The notes beneath the pieces were generated by a model. The model saw only the letters and a list, made by a program, of their open reading frames with translations. It was not told the DNA's origin and did no database searches. Source: Utricularia gibba (lineage: Eukaryota; Plantae; Magnoliophyta). From it: a stretch of 64,000 nucleotides of DNA. The position numbers were made by a program, and so were the translations under genes. The stretch spans positions 2,728,001 through 2,792,000 of the forward strand of contig NEEC01000011.1 of the NCBI GenBank assembly GCA_002189035.1, written 5' to 3'. Below are positions 1 to 16,770 of this stretch, piece after piece. Each line of letters starts with the position of its first letter. Within the stretch, counting starts at the first letter, position 1.

Positions 1-192
1 GGACTTTCTGATTGGGACTTTGATGCAACTGTCTTTTGTGTAATTTTGTGGATTTCGAACAGATCTATACCTTTGTAGTTTGTTTTCCAGCTTGAGGAAT
101 CTTGCGCTTAAGATAATTTTTTTTGGTAGGATTATATTCCTTTTCAGCTTGATAGCTTACGGTTACCCTGTGTGCGTAGATTCTAAATCGAG

Positions 193-1715
<1,523 letters not shown>

Positions 1716-2369
1716 GAGGGTAAACTCATGGCATTGTCTCGTTTGGACACCATAAGATGCGTCCAATCCTTTCTGAAATTCGTATTTCAGGGGTACAACT
1801 TACCTGGGAGGCTGGTGGTGCTCAAGTTCCTCGATTTCAAATAGCGTTGGTTGCACTAGCTTGATGAGGGAACACTTTTTGTTGGTGTTTTCTTCTTCCT
1901 CTTTTTCACCATCCGTCATTATTTTGGTGATACAACAATTTGCATGCTGTGTGGAACGGGTTGTGCTGGTTGTTTTCTTGCATCTGAGGCTGCTGCATTC
2001 TGTCCTATGTTCGTTTCTGTAGCCAAACTGTATTCTTGTCGTATGCTATATATCACCATCTCGGGAAAAAGCAGGATCCTGCGGGGATTCGATGGATACG
2101 CACAATCAATTTACAAAGAAGATGGCGGAAATCGAACTCTAGGGTTCATCGCCGATTCGGTAATCAACACGGCGTCTCCAGCCATGCCATCTGCTACTGC
2201 TTGTTTTGGAAATAGGGAAGGAGACAACTCTGTCAAGCTCCCCGCCGTTGAAGACCTCGAAGGAGAAACCGTCAATGCCGGGGGTTACTATGGTTGAACC
2301 TAGGGTTTCATCCGAATCAAATACAAATCGTCTTCTGTAAGCTACTGTTTCGATTCGCCGTAGTTCCTC

Positions 2370-5219
2370 TCATAAGACATTTGCACTGGTTCTGGTGATT
2401 CTTTGGGCTTCTTCAAGATCCTTGAGGAACCTACAAGCAAGTGGATTACGATGAGCGACCGGAGTTACAGAGGAATGATTGATTCAGAGTGCAGGCAGTG
2501 CACGCACCCCTTCGAATTGAGGATCACGGAGCCGCCGAGGATGAAACGTATCCCTGAGTTGGTTGCATTCTGCAGAGAAACAGCCCGCGCTTCCTCGTAT
2601 GTAGTTCCTCCCACGATGAAAACTACCACATCCTGGAGCCTTTTGAGCCACGAGTTCGAACTTCAGCATGTGGCGGATTGGCAGAGATAGCAAAGAGGCT
2701 TGAATCTCACCTGGCTTGCTGGGCGTGACTTCCAACATAGGGGTAGTCCACATCTCTCAGACGCCCCTTGACGATGCTCTCCATCGTCTGAGATAGCAGA
2801 GGCTGGTGCTGGGTGTAAACATTCTCCACCCCTGGACAAGCATCATCAAAATCCATCAAAAACAGAGTTAAGCAATGCTGGGCGAGGGAGATCTTGGAAC
2901 GAACCAACCTTGAGACCGCGAGCCATGTTAAGGCATAGTTAAGCAGATCTCGGTTGCCATAGAGGTCCCCGGTCCGCCTATCAACTCCAGCTTGTTTCAG
3001 TAGGAACTGCACAAGCTGTTGCAGCAAGGTACACACTTACTTTGATCATATTCTGGATTAAGGGGAACGATGCAAACATGAAGATAGCATACCCCTGGCT
3101 TGTACTTGGGAGATCTTGATGCCAGTTTGTTGAACAGCTGCATTAACTGGACTGGACTTTCCTTCTCATACCGTAAAGCATACAGCATAACAAGGCGTAG
3201 ACGGTCGACATCAGTTATGCTGTCGTTATTCAGCAAGCCGGTAACAGCCTGCAAGGCAGAACAGGATGGAGGACAATCACAGATGCTCCCTTATTTGGAG
3301 AAAAAGGAGAGAAGAGAGAAGTGCCTCAAATGCCGCTGCTTGTCCTCCATTGCATGCTAATTCCTGTTCCGTCTGTGAGACCAGCATCAGTTTCCGGTCT
3401 TCGACAATTCTGCTCATTTCAGTCACCAAAGTCACATGCTTGGAAACGTTCCCGTGCATTTTTCTGTACTCAGGGTAGTTGTCCACAAATTTGGCCATAT
3501 CATCTACACAATGAAGGTAACTGATCAATGCCTTGCAGCTTAATAACACTCTTAGGAGCTAGGGGATCAGGAGGACAAAGACAGACAAACCTATTGTTTG
3601 AATATTCTGATTGCTTTTGGATACTTGCTGAAAATCATCCACCATCTTTTTAATACTGACTCCAATGTCTCCGAAGTTTTCATGCATGTTGGCTTTGAAG
3701 AAGGAATCCTGTTCAGCAGACAGTACAACCTCCTGGGAATGCAAATGACAAACTGAAGCATTAGCTTCAAAGCTTCACAGCACATGAAGATGAAAGGTAT
3801 TAGATGTGATGAGGGAACCTGTTGGTCATTGGTGTTTTTTACGATATTCCGAAGATCAACTTGATTATCTTGAATGCCAATAAGCTCATGCACCATAGCC
3901 TATACAGTACATTGTAGAACTTGAGCTGCAACTCTGGATATTCAATTGCAATGAAAAAGCTAATGAGGAAAAATACTAACCTGATATGTCCACTGATTAA
4001 GCAAGGGAGTGACAGGATCATCCCGTCTATCAAGAACTAACAACAAGGGAGAAACTTCTGCCCTTCGAAAATCGAACAGACCACTTTCCTGCTGGTACAT
4101 CAGCTTCTGCAGCAACAGAAGTCATGAATGAAAGTTCAATCTAAAACTGAATATTCTGAATCAGGCAGAGATAGCAGACCATACTGATGCTTCTTGAGCT
4201 ATTCTTTTTGCAACGTCAGATGTTCTTGAATAGCGAATGATGGGCCGACGTTTTAGAGCCAGGAATATTGCGGCAATTCCATCGACGACTCGATCACAGA
4301 AGACCTGTAAACTGGATGGATCCACAACGGCTGGGAGCATGTACATGTGGTTTGATTGGAGATTCAGAGTGAAGTGATATGTATCGACAGCCACAAAATC
4401 AGCATAAAACTCCTGCAAGAATAGTCACTGAATGCATTAACCACTCAGCAACCTTCAATGGAAAGCCAAAAGTTGCAGATTTTTCCACAAACTTCCATCT
4501 GCCATTTTCATCCCCAGAACAAGATAAGCATCAAACGAACCTGAACTTGCTGTATAATTTCCTGCTCGTCTGCATCTGCTATATTGTGAAGCTCGGTGTC
4601 CTTCAACATGTTGGAGAAAACTGCAGACACCATCCATAGCAGCAAGTTGATTACAATAGAAACAAGGGATTACAGTCAACCGCAACCAGAAAAACTGATA
4701 AGCTTTGAACATAAGCACAATTGAGTTTATGATAAAAAAAAAGGCACTCGAGTATCCGACTTCTGTAAGCTAAACCTGTAAAATTTCTTTACTGGAGATC
4801 ATCCTATGGAAAAACGAGAAGAAATCTTACACAGATGATACTCCCCAAAGCGAGGATTTGCCACCTGCCGCCTAACTCTCCGAATGTTCTCAGGCGTTGG
4901 ACGGAGAAAATACACCGCCTTAAGATGCGACATTGGTTCTCTAGACATGGAAATCGAGTCTACAAGCTCCACCAGGAAGACCTCTTTCCGAAGAAGCTCT
5001 GATTGTGAGTACGCAACACTGACTATACTCACCTGGGAAATGCTCAAGAACCCAAATCGGGATCAGGGAAAACAAAACCCAGACAACAGCAAAATCAAAA
5101 AAAAAAAAAAAAAAAGAGGGAATACTCACCGTTACTGAGTCAAGAATCAAGACTTTCATACCGGATATGTCTTGTAACATGCGATTGATATAGTCTCGAA
5201 CCGCCGTAACAAGCACCAT
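2370..5219 (-). CDS. VPS45: Vacuolar protein sorting 45 (Sec1/Munc18 family), multi-exon
   Basis: N-term [28 protein letters not shown]. Internal exons include [60 protein letters not shown] and [27 protein letters not shown]. Last exon [19 protein letters not shown]. Confidence 0.97.
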
Positions 5220-6121
5220 CTTCCCCCCACAAACGGCGAATCGATCACTGAATTCGCCCAATGTTCGATATACTAACAACGGGCACTTGGAATCAGGATC
5301 AATAACACAGGATCGGAAAAATGGTACCCCCAACGAAAGATCGATGAATTGAAGGGCAGCCGGGTTTTTTCCTCCGCAACAAGCTAAGCTTCCTTTGACC
5401 ACTAATGGGCTAAATAGGTCTGCTTTTCATCAAAGATCGATTAACCAATTGGTTCCGACTGATCGCCACAACCCCTGACCGTAACCGTCAAGCCTCCAAT
5501 CGCCTCCGAAGTTTTCTTCTTTGAGAGCAGGTATTGAATGGGAGAGCCTCCTGCGTCGAGGAGTTACAGAAATGTATACTAAAATAATAGAAAATTATAA
5601 AGTGATTAAATAATAAGAGAAAAAAAAAGGAAGTTGTCGGTAAACTTGGGAGTCGCTGCTCCGGCCACTGTAAATTAAACGTCTTCCGCAGCTTCAAGAG
5701 GCAACAGTAGAAAGCTGGTGGGCGGCGCTGCGGTTCAACGGTTGCTTCGGTTCCGCGTGAGGTAAGTTCAGCTTCACGCGTCTGAAGACTCGAATGGAGG
5801 GTCAATTCGCCTTTCTTCTTCTCTGGGTTAGGGTTTCCTGGAATTTCTGTTAGGCAATGGCTGATTAATCGGCGACATTCTGTTGTTGCAATTTGTTGGA
5901 ATTGAATTTTTTTGTGTTAGCGCTTCTTTGAAGAAGACTGCTTGAGATGGGGTTAAAAAGATTGGAGCTTTGAGCTCGATTTTTAGCCTTGTTGCTGATG
6001 GTAGTATTATCACAGCATACACTTGGAGTTCTTACTACACTTGTATTGACATCCTTCTGTTTTTAATGTCCTTTGAACAGATTGAAGGTACCACAGACTG
6101 CAGTTAGTTTGCATTGACTAT

Positions 6122-8934
6122 ATGGGTGATAGGAGGAAAAGGAAGTCTTTGTGGGATGTGGATGAAGACCCGAGAAATTTCTCCAGAATGAACGAGCATG
6201 GCTCCTGGGCAGGAAGGGAACCCCACCATAGTCATCATGATAGTAGACGTTATCATAATTTTTCAGGATCAAGAGGCTATTCAGCTACCAAGTCCAGAGA
6301 AAATACTGGGCAAGGATATTGGGAACCCGTGGTGGAAGAATCTGGTTCTCTCATGAAAGGCCTCCGCCAGGAAAATGGTGGTGAAACTAGATATTTCCAG
6401 AACATGTCTCCTGGATTTGATAGGTCTGTCCTTTGTTCTGTTTTGAAGACATCTGTATGAAAGCTGGCTTTTGTTTGTTCTTTTAAATAAAAATGCGTTT
6501 TGTGTAGAATCATGAAGAAGATGCGGGTGGGCTTGTGAGCAAATATGTATTTGTTATGCATTTATCGTGTTTCTAATGTGTGTGGGTCAAATTTTTTATA
6601 ATGTAAGGATATCCTGGAAATTTTCTTCCCTGTATTGAACTGCCTTGCATTTTCCTGGTATTCTTGACAATAGGCATTTTGAAAGAAGTAGAAGCAGAAG
6701 TCGAAGTAGGAGCAGGACTAGAGGCAGGAGCCATAGCAGAAGCTTGAGTAGGGGAAGGACTAGTGAAAGGGAGAGGAGCAGAAATAGAAGCAGAGGAAAT
6801 GGTGGGGCAATGAGTCAATTGAGAAGCCATAGCCCTACTGGAGATTCATGGAAATCCAGTTCTTGGAGTGACAGGAGAAGTGTTCTCGGAAATGCATCTC
6901 AAGAATTTAAAGATTTTTCTTCTGGAAGGTCCAGGAAAGGTAACCAATGCAGATTTTCTCATTCACTGTATGTAACTAATGGAAATGTCAACTCATTACA
7001 ACATAAAACTGCAGACAGTTGGGAAAGCAAGGATGACCCTTATAGAAGAGGGGATGAACGGTCTCCAAACAGAAGTAGCCATACAGTTCCTTGCAGGGAA
7101 TTTGTGAAGGGAAGGTGCAGGTGGGGGGATGATTGCAGATTTTCTCATCATGTTGTATCTGACGAAAATTTTGGGAAGGGACCTGGTCGTAATCTATCAG
7201 ACATGGATATTCAACACCAATCATATAGGGATACAAGGCCCTTCTGCAAATTTTTTGCTGCTGGGAAGTGTGACAGAAGTAATTGTCGATTCTCTCATGA
7301 AGATTCTAGAATTGGCATCCTGGAAGGCAGGACTGCTGGAGCCATTGATGACAAGGGGCATGACAGTCGATCTGGTCATGGTTTGGAGAATGATGATATG
7401 AGTGTAGAAATACCTGAATGGATACCTGCGCCTATCAGGGACACTGGTTTTAATGGTGAGCGTGCAGGTGCTTCTGTGCCCCACATTGACAAGAGTAGTG
7501 CTAAAAAATTGGCTAGTCCTTTAGAAGGTCAGTTGCAAAGCCACGAGAGAAATAGGGAAACTGAAGTTCCTGATAGCCTTCCGGAACATGCATTTGCTAT
7601 TAAAGACTGGCATCAGAATATTGCTCCAGGCTCACTTCTTCGTCCTGAGAATCCTGGAGCAGCAGAAAGGGCTGCTGTGGGTTCATATCAATCTGATTTT
7701 ACATCTGAGAGAAAGGAGTTAAAAAAGACAGATCTGGATGTTGGAAGAGTGCTTACTCAAAATTCCTCAAGCTTGAATCAAGCCAATGGAACCCATAGTG
7801 GATACTATCCCAACCCATCAAATGGATTTTGTGCTAATTTCTCTGAGGCAAATGTCACGCATCTTAATTTGCTATCTCAGATACAATGCAATGAAAATGC
7901 TGTGCAAATGGCTGGAATTTCAGCAATGAAGGCTCCTCAACTCTTACCCAACTCAATCGGCACTCTGTTGACAAATGTTCCAGCTGCTATAGTTGATCAG
8001 AATAATCATGTAGCGGCAAACCATTCAACTTTACCCATGCAAAGCATTGAGAAGGAGCTACCTCACAAGAATACAGTCATAGATGCCAAGGAAATATTTG
8101 GAAATTCCTCTTTGATTGACTCAGCAAGTGCCCAGTCTAATCTACTGAGTACGACTATGGAGAATGGAAGTAGCAGGAATAGTATAATGCAGCAGTTACA
8201 GCCAAGTTTAATATCCAACGCTGGCACTGGACCTGCTGGCGTGAAGACAGATTGTTTAGGGAGCCCAGAACAGAAACAAGAGAAGGAATCTGCAAAACTA
8301 GAATCCACTGAACTCAGTAGGCCTAAATTGGAGAAAAGGGAGGGAGACCCTGAAATGAAGCAGTCTGAAGCGCATGATGAACTTGGGGGATATGATGACA
8401 TCGTTCCTAACAAGGATGATAAAGGTGTGCGTTTATTCAGAAATTCCCTGGTAGAGCTTGTAAAGGATATCTTGAGGCCAACATGGAAGGAAGGCAAATT
8501 GAGTAGAGAGGTTCACAAAACTGTCGTGAAAAAGGTGGTTGGCAAAGTCACTAGCACAATCCAAGCAGATCATATTCCAAAAACGCAGGATAAGATCGAC
8601 CAGTATTTGAAGTATTCCAAAACAAAGATCACAAAACTTGTTCAGGTGATAATCTATAGTTGAGCTTGGTTTTTACCTTTGCCTTTGAAGCTACAATTAG
8701 TCAACATCGTTAAGATGTGCTAGATCCCTGAAAAAGGTAAGATCTTTATGTATAGTGATTTGGGTTTCAAGACATAAGGTGTAGGATCCTTGGTTTCTGT
8801 TGTACTTCTCCGCATCTATCCTCTCAGCAGCAAAATCGTTTTCCTCCATTTTTGTGCTTTAAGCATTCTAAGACTTGAACTTCGATTTCTTGATGCAGGC
8901 ATATGTGGGGCGGTCTCTAAAGAAGGATACCTGA
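6122..8934 (+). CDS. CCCH zinc-finger protein (C3H38/C3H55-like) with RS-rich stretch and C-terminal SRI-like helical domain
   Basis: CREFVKGRCRWGDDCRFSH and CKFFAAGKCDRSNCRFSH (C-x7-C-x5/4-C-x3-H) plus one degenerate finger (FKDFSSGRSRKGNQCRFSH). C-term FRNSLVELVKDILRPTWKEGKLSREVHKTVVKKVV...KITKLVQ/AYVGRSLKKDT* (last exon 8899-8934). Confidence 0.9.
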
Positions 8935-10179
8935 ACTACTGTCATGGGGTGTACCATAGTGATCCGTTAAGTTACCTCGGCTTTGTATCTCCTAACGTAG
9001 CTTGTGGATTTGGAACCGCACATGCGTTTTCTGGGAAGTGTTTCCAAGTACTTAAGCTGGTTCACAATGTTGTATGTCACCTTGCGAAGAGAATGAAAAT
9101 TATGCGTTCATCAGCGTTCAAGAATCCCATCACGAAAATGAGGAGCAGAATCCGGTGCGGTGGCTGGCGATGGAAGTTTTGACTGCCTGACTGACTTTTG
9201 AGTTAGTTTTGCAAAACAGTGAGTGATTTTGTCAATGAAGAAATAGAATTCCAGTTTCAAAATGGGCGATCGTCTCTTCAACCGGCATCTCTTTACTCCT
9301 CCGCGCCGCCTCCTGGAGAAGTTTCCGGCAGGATTAGTTTGGTTTTGTCAGATCAACTAACGTGTGTGGTGCGAAGATGGCAGAACTTGGAAACAAAAAA
9401 ACACGAGGAATTGGGGATCTTTGATAGATGATCGATCATCAACATTTTGGTCTTGCACTGTAACACAATCGTATTTCTGATAAGAAATCTGAAGAAGCAA
9501 TTTCATATATCGTCGTGGTCGCCGTCGTGCGTTCCGTTAGTGTTTCCGCATCGCTTGCGATGACTTTCTTGGCAAGGTTTTGCGTTCCGGTATGACCAAG
9601 CATGGAGTGGGGATGCAAGGTCGAGGTTTTATGTATAAAAACGACAAGGTTGTGTGGTCACGGAATAGAGGTGGGTTCGGTTTGCTTCGGAATCATACGG
9701 TTCTTTGATTGGATCCATGTGGAATATTCGGCTGTACGCATTGTCCATTAAATTTGAGATAATTGTGCATATAGTCCCTACTATTTAATTAAATCATATA
9801 AGTAAATCCAAAAGGATCACAAATAAAGATTAAGTCATTTTCCAATTTTTTGTTTGCATTTTTTTGGATGCATAATACAATTTCCGCGAAGTTTCCGATG
9901 GTTTTTCTTCCTCTCCAAGTCTCTGGTTTTATATCCAGCGCCCAATCAGTGATTCATCTTTTAGATTTGTAAAAGGTCCTTTTTGTCGGAGGGTGATTCG
10001 CACATAAGGTACGCAGAAACCGATCGATAGCATATTACTTCTTGATCTAGAGAACATCAACGTTTACAAATTGATTTTCAAAGTGCAATGATATGTAAAG
10101 TCAAGGTGTTGTCATTATTGCTCTAGGCTCCATGTGGAAATCATGACTTATTTGTGATCAGTACTATGGATGTTAAATA

Positions 10180-10414
10180 AGGCTCGAGGCTCGATCGAGT
10201 TCGAGCTGAGCCAATATCGAGCTCCAGCTGTGCATTACAAGGCTCGAGGCTCGAGGCTCGAGGAGGCACATTTTTGGGCTCGAATCGAGCCCAAATTCGA
10301 GCCAAGTTTTCTTGGGCTCAGTGAGCTTGAGCCTAAAAATATACAATCGAGCTAGAGCTCGAGCTCGAAACTTACCGGAAAGCTCGGCTCGGCTCGAGCT
10401 CGTTTGCAGCCCTA
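10180..10414. mobile_element. Truncated non-autonomous hAT-like element (MITE) with GGCTCGA/GAGCC subterminal repeats
   Basis: Dense GCTCGAG/GAGCTC/CTCGGCTC repeats ending ...GAGCTCGTTTGCAGCCCTA (reverse complement TAGGGCTGCAAAC, resembling the hAT TAGGGATGAAA-type terminus). No matching left terminus or TSD seen. Confidence 0.65.
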
Positions 10415-10479
10415 GTTACTATCTAGATTCTTCTGAGATTTGCAATCATATTTTAAAATTTTTTATTTATTATATGGCA

Positions 10480-10646
10480 AGCTCGTGGGCTGGATAGGGC
10501 CAGCCCGATGCTATAAATAATCGGGCTAGGGCCATGTTAATCATATTTTTATGTAATCGGGCTTTATCCCGGCCCTAGCCCGAAACTTGGCGAAGCCCTC
10601 TGAAATAGGGTCGGGCCAGCCCGGCCCGGCCCAACTTTCATCTTTA
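10480..10646. mobile_element. Second hAT-like MITE remnant with GGGCC/GGCCC subterminal repeats
   Basis: Repeated GGGCT/GGGCC/GCCCG motifs ending CCCAACTTTCATCTTTA (reverse complement TAAAGATGAAAG, close to the Ac/Ds TIR TAGGGATGAAA). Only one end visible. Confidence 0.5.
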
Positions 10647-10726
10647 CTTGTTGAGTTGAGCTTAACTTCTTTAACGGGGGGGGGGGGGGGGGTGGGGTTT
10701 CTTCTCATAAAGCTTTTAGCGTGAGG

Positions 10727-12100
10727 ATGGGTCAAGAGAAGATCAAGGAGATTTTTGAACTTGACATCTTACCTGAGTTTATGAAAGCAACCAGCATACC
10801 CGTGGCGGCGCTGAAGGAAGCATTCAATGAGGACAAGGACAAGAACATGTATCCGGAGGAACTAATCTATCAGGTAGCTGCATACATTATTTTTATAATG
10901 AATCGAACTGTTTCGTTTCCCTTTTTGAATGTTTGCTTTTTGATCACCAGACCGGACTTTTCGGTGCAAAGGATGCGCTGCAAAGCATGCGCTGCCGTCT
11001 TCTTTGGCCGATGACCTCACAAAAAGTTAATTTCGTTCCCATCTCTTTTCTTTTTTTTTTTGTTCGCTGTTTGTCGTTGGTTTCGACAGATACCGACCGC
11101 TTCTGAGTGTTAACAGATACAACGGCACATCTTGCGGAGCAATTTGCACGCTACGACAAAGGCCTGCGGCACTTCCATCTTCTTCATTTCATTCCCAGCT
11201 CTTTTTTTTTTTTTTTTTTTTTGCTTGCTGTTTGTCATTGGCTTCGATAGATAGCAGTCGCTTATGAGTTTTAACAGATACCACGGCACATATTGGGAAT
11301 CAACTTGCAACTGGAGGCCACGACTCGAGTCTACATCACTTGTCTCAGCAATGTGCCCTTGGTGAGTTCTAAGAGATTGCTTGCTGTTTGTCATTGGCTT
11401 CAATAGATAGCAGTCGCTTATGAGTTTTAACAGATACCAAGGCACATATTGGGACGCAACTTGCAACTGGAGGCCAGCACTTGTCTCAGGCAACTGCAGA
11501 CCACGGCTTGAGTCTGGCAACTGCAAACCACGAGTTGACTCTGCAGCACTTGTCTCAGCAATGTGCCCTTGGTGAGTTCTAAGAGATTGCTTTTTAAGTT
11601 ATTGAGTGAGTAGGTAGTACACATTTTGCATATATTCATTCATTCGTCTCGGATTTCAAAAGTCATGCAATGAAACAGGTTCTGTTATAGGAACTCTTGC
11701 TTCTTGGTCTGTTAGAATAGCACGTATTCTCCCCGGTTTCCTAATGAATCCCAGCTGCAAGAAAGGATATGAGATGCTGAAGGTCACGCTTGAAGAGATC
11801 GTCTGCGGCGTCATGACAGTCGGTGGGAAAATTCTTGGGGAATTTTCGGTTTTGGGAATTTCTGGATCATGGCGGCCGGCGGATTACTCGGTTAGTAGCT
11901 AGTGATTAATTAACTTGACTTTCTGTTAGATAATGTGATCGGATGCTGAACTTCTTCTGCCAGGAAACCTACTGGGCAAGTTTATCTCCAAGAGAATCGT
12001 CAAGCGCTGTTTGAAGATGCTTGGGATCAAGAAGGGAGGCTACAAACGTCACGGTTATGAGTACGTGGTTGGCGAATCCTATGACAGAGTATGCGGCTGA
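10727..12100 (+). CDS. Unrecognised multi-exon orphan gene or young pseudogene
   Basis: GT-AG-bounded stop-free exons 10727-10873, 10951-11025, 11278-11361, 11434-11571, 11691-11822, 11964-12100 (...KRIVKRCLKMLGIKKGGYKRHGYEYVVGESYDRVCG*). The last four are phase-consistent. There is a one-base phase mismatch after exon 2. No family recognised. Confidence 0.5.
11066..11592 (+). repeat. Three tandem copies of an acceptor+exon(+donor) unit
   Basis: Units start near 11066, 11221 and 11378 and share GCTGTTTGTC(G/A)TTGG..TTC...AGATA.C...CGCTT.TGAGT.TTAACAG|ATAC...GGCACAT. Copies 2 and 3 both end CAGCAATGTGCCCTTG|GTGAGTTCTAAGAGATTGCTT. Confidence 0.9.
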
Positions 12101-12945
12101 ATGGTATAAATTCAGGCACCAGTTGTTGCTGAACCTGTCTGTGGGTTTACTTATTTCTCAGTGACATCAGACACTCTTATTGTCACCTGTATCGTTGCTG
12201 TGTTTTGACGTTCCGAAAACCATTCTGTTTCAGTGCTTCGGCTTTGCTTAATTGTGTACTGATTCATTCTCAGTACCCTGCATTGAGAATCATCTCCCTC
12301 TTGATCCTACATTGCTTCGTTTTTTCTTGCTGGTTTTCATGGACATAGAACTCTTTGAAAATCATACATTCATTTAGACAGGGAGGGAGTAGCGAAGGGA
12401 AGATGCTTGACAAGGTGAGTTATTTATACTGCCTGACAGAGTTTTGAGTGATTGTTAGAGCTTCCAAAAAAAGCAGGATAACTTGCTTGATATGTGTTGG
12501 AGACTTTTGAAGCCTTTAAGAAGATTAAAATATGTTTTTGAAATGATATTTTCATTAGTTACAAATACAAGCATTGGTATTTATAAAAGGGTGAATATCT
12601 TCGTACAATACTGTTTTTTTTTTTCTTCATCTCTTTGTTATCTTGTTGTATAAATAATCGCTTCTCTTTTTTTCATTAAATTTTTCCAGTGGAAATAGAT
12701 GTGGGGTGCAAAATTTTAGGGGAAGAAAAGAGAAACAGATAGGTGAAAAATGAAAAAAATGTATTGTATTGGTATAAAAATGGAAATTTTAGGGATGATG
12801 GTATTTCGAGGAAGTGTTCGACGTTATGCCCCAAAGGAATGTGGTCACTTGTGTGGTAGGAGAAAAAATTGGCAATTTCATGTCTACTGTTTTACAAGGC
12901 ACTATGGCCATTTGAATGCTTTCACCTCATTTACTCGTAAGCCTG

Positions 12946-14263
12946 TCACACTGTGTCTTCTTGGTTGTACTGCACAATCCTGAAAGACTCTGCTATTCTT
13001 TTCAAATCACCATAATGCTTCTTCCATTGAAGACCTGGAACAGAAAAGCTACTGGTTATATATACCTAGACTTTTGCAGAAAGGTTCTGCACATTGTGAA
13101 AGTAACAAATCCTCACCATTGCCAAGGATGTTGAACAAGTAGAGGCGATTCCCTGCAGCCGTAGCTGTGATCAAAACATGCGGAGACTCCAATTCAAACT
13201 GGTAATATTTCATTCCTGAATGCTCAGCCACTCCAGAGCTTAGAACCTTTCCCTCCACGCTTTCCCCAATCACCTCTGGACCAAATGCACTTATCACTTT
13301 CTCAGGAGTCCCTATCTTTTCTATTGAAGCATTGTCACCTAGCTCTGCAAATCATCATGCAACCATTACTGTGATCAGCTAAGGTTCTTTCCTAACATAA
13401 CAGATGAAAATCTGCTAGGGGATGGGGCTGATATCTTGTCTTTCCTTCTGAATCATAGAGTATTTTTCTACATTGTCATTGCAGATGGGGAACTAACTAT
13501 CTGAAAATCGAAGAACAGGAGCGACGACCACAAAGAGCCTCCCCTCTTTTGGGCTAGCAAATCTCAAGTCAATTTCTGTGCCCCCAAGGTCTGCTATGGA
13601 CACAGGAACCTATTCCAAGGGATAAATCATGCATAAGAGACCATTGAAAGACATACATTCTGTTCTTTTGCAAGGTGATGCAATCTATATTCATGGATTT
13701 CGTGTAGCTTTCTAATGAAACAAAGAAGGTTCGATCAAAAGAACAAGACTCTTAGCTACACAGTCAGAACAGTACCTCTTCCCAGCCCTCAGGCACGGAA
13801 AATTCATATGGAATGATGGGACTCCAGCCGACCCCATGGCCTCCAGACTTATCATCCGGTCTCCGGTATGTTCTCCACCCTGTCTACGCATCTTCGCATT
13901 TTATACAAAAGGTAGTCCAAAAACTAGACGAGCTTTTCAAATTTTTTTTTCACACTGCGTTAGTTTGGTCTAAGTCTAACCTTGCTCATCTTGTTCAGAG
14001 AGGCCAGGAATCCTCCCTGCCAAAAGGCCTTGCTTTACCACCGCATAGCTCTCTTCCTGAAATCCCAGTGAGGAAACTAGAGCAACCCCAGAAGCAATAG
14101 CAGCCGCTCTTCTGCTGATAACCATCTTCTTCTCCTCCGCGGGTGTAGTCTCATCTTGTGCTGCTGCTCTTATGATCCCATGGTGACCGGGCGCCTGATG
14201 AATCAACCTTTGCTTCCTCCAGACAAGGAGAAGAGGGGTTGCGCCCTGCAGAACGAAGCCCAT
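12946..14263 (-). CDS. PPD4: PsbP domain-containing protein 4, thylakoid lumen
   Basis: Transit peptide with RR motif (SRRAAA), then VKQGLLAGRIPGLSEQDEQG, GGHGVGWSPIIPY, AFGPEVIGESVEGKV, YYQFELESPHVLITATAAGNRLYLF and LQWKKHYGDLKRIAESFRIV. Confidence 0.93.
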
Positions 14264-14565
14264 TTGGTGCTGATCAGATTTGCAACCTGGACAAGTTTTT
14301 ATTTATTTGCCTTTTTCCACTTCTGTATTTCCCCTTTTTTTTGTGGGTGGACGATGGAGATCTCATATCTGATATCTCATCTCTCAACCTCTCATATTTT
14401 TGGCTGTCACTCTCTAAAAATAATAAAATAAAAAACAAAACAAGCCCAGATGAAAACAACTTCTTTTATTGTGGAAACAAGCCCAGAAGTGGCAACAGTA
14501 ATTACGCACAGAATCCTCAAGAAAACTAGAAAAGTATTTTCAACATCACATGTTTGTTCTCATGA

Positions 14566-16688
<2,123 letters not shown>

Positions 16689-16770
16689 AGTCTTCCAACG
16701 AAGCTCTGATGTAAGCTAATCAAAAATAGGCCTCAAAACTCTACGATGAAATGCCTAACCCGAAGGCAGC

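Noticed and set aside
9439-9603. 54-aa minus-strand ORF (MLGHTGTQNLAKK...)
   Set aside because: No peptide-hormone motif or signal peptide; length is compatible with chance.
12590-12840. Possible fold-back element (pyrimidine-rich then purine-rich arms)
   Set aside because: Arm similarity is weak and low-complexity, with no TIR or TSD support.
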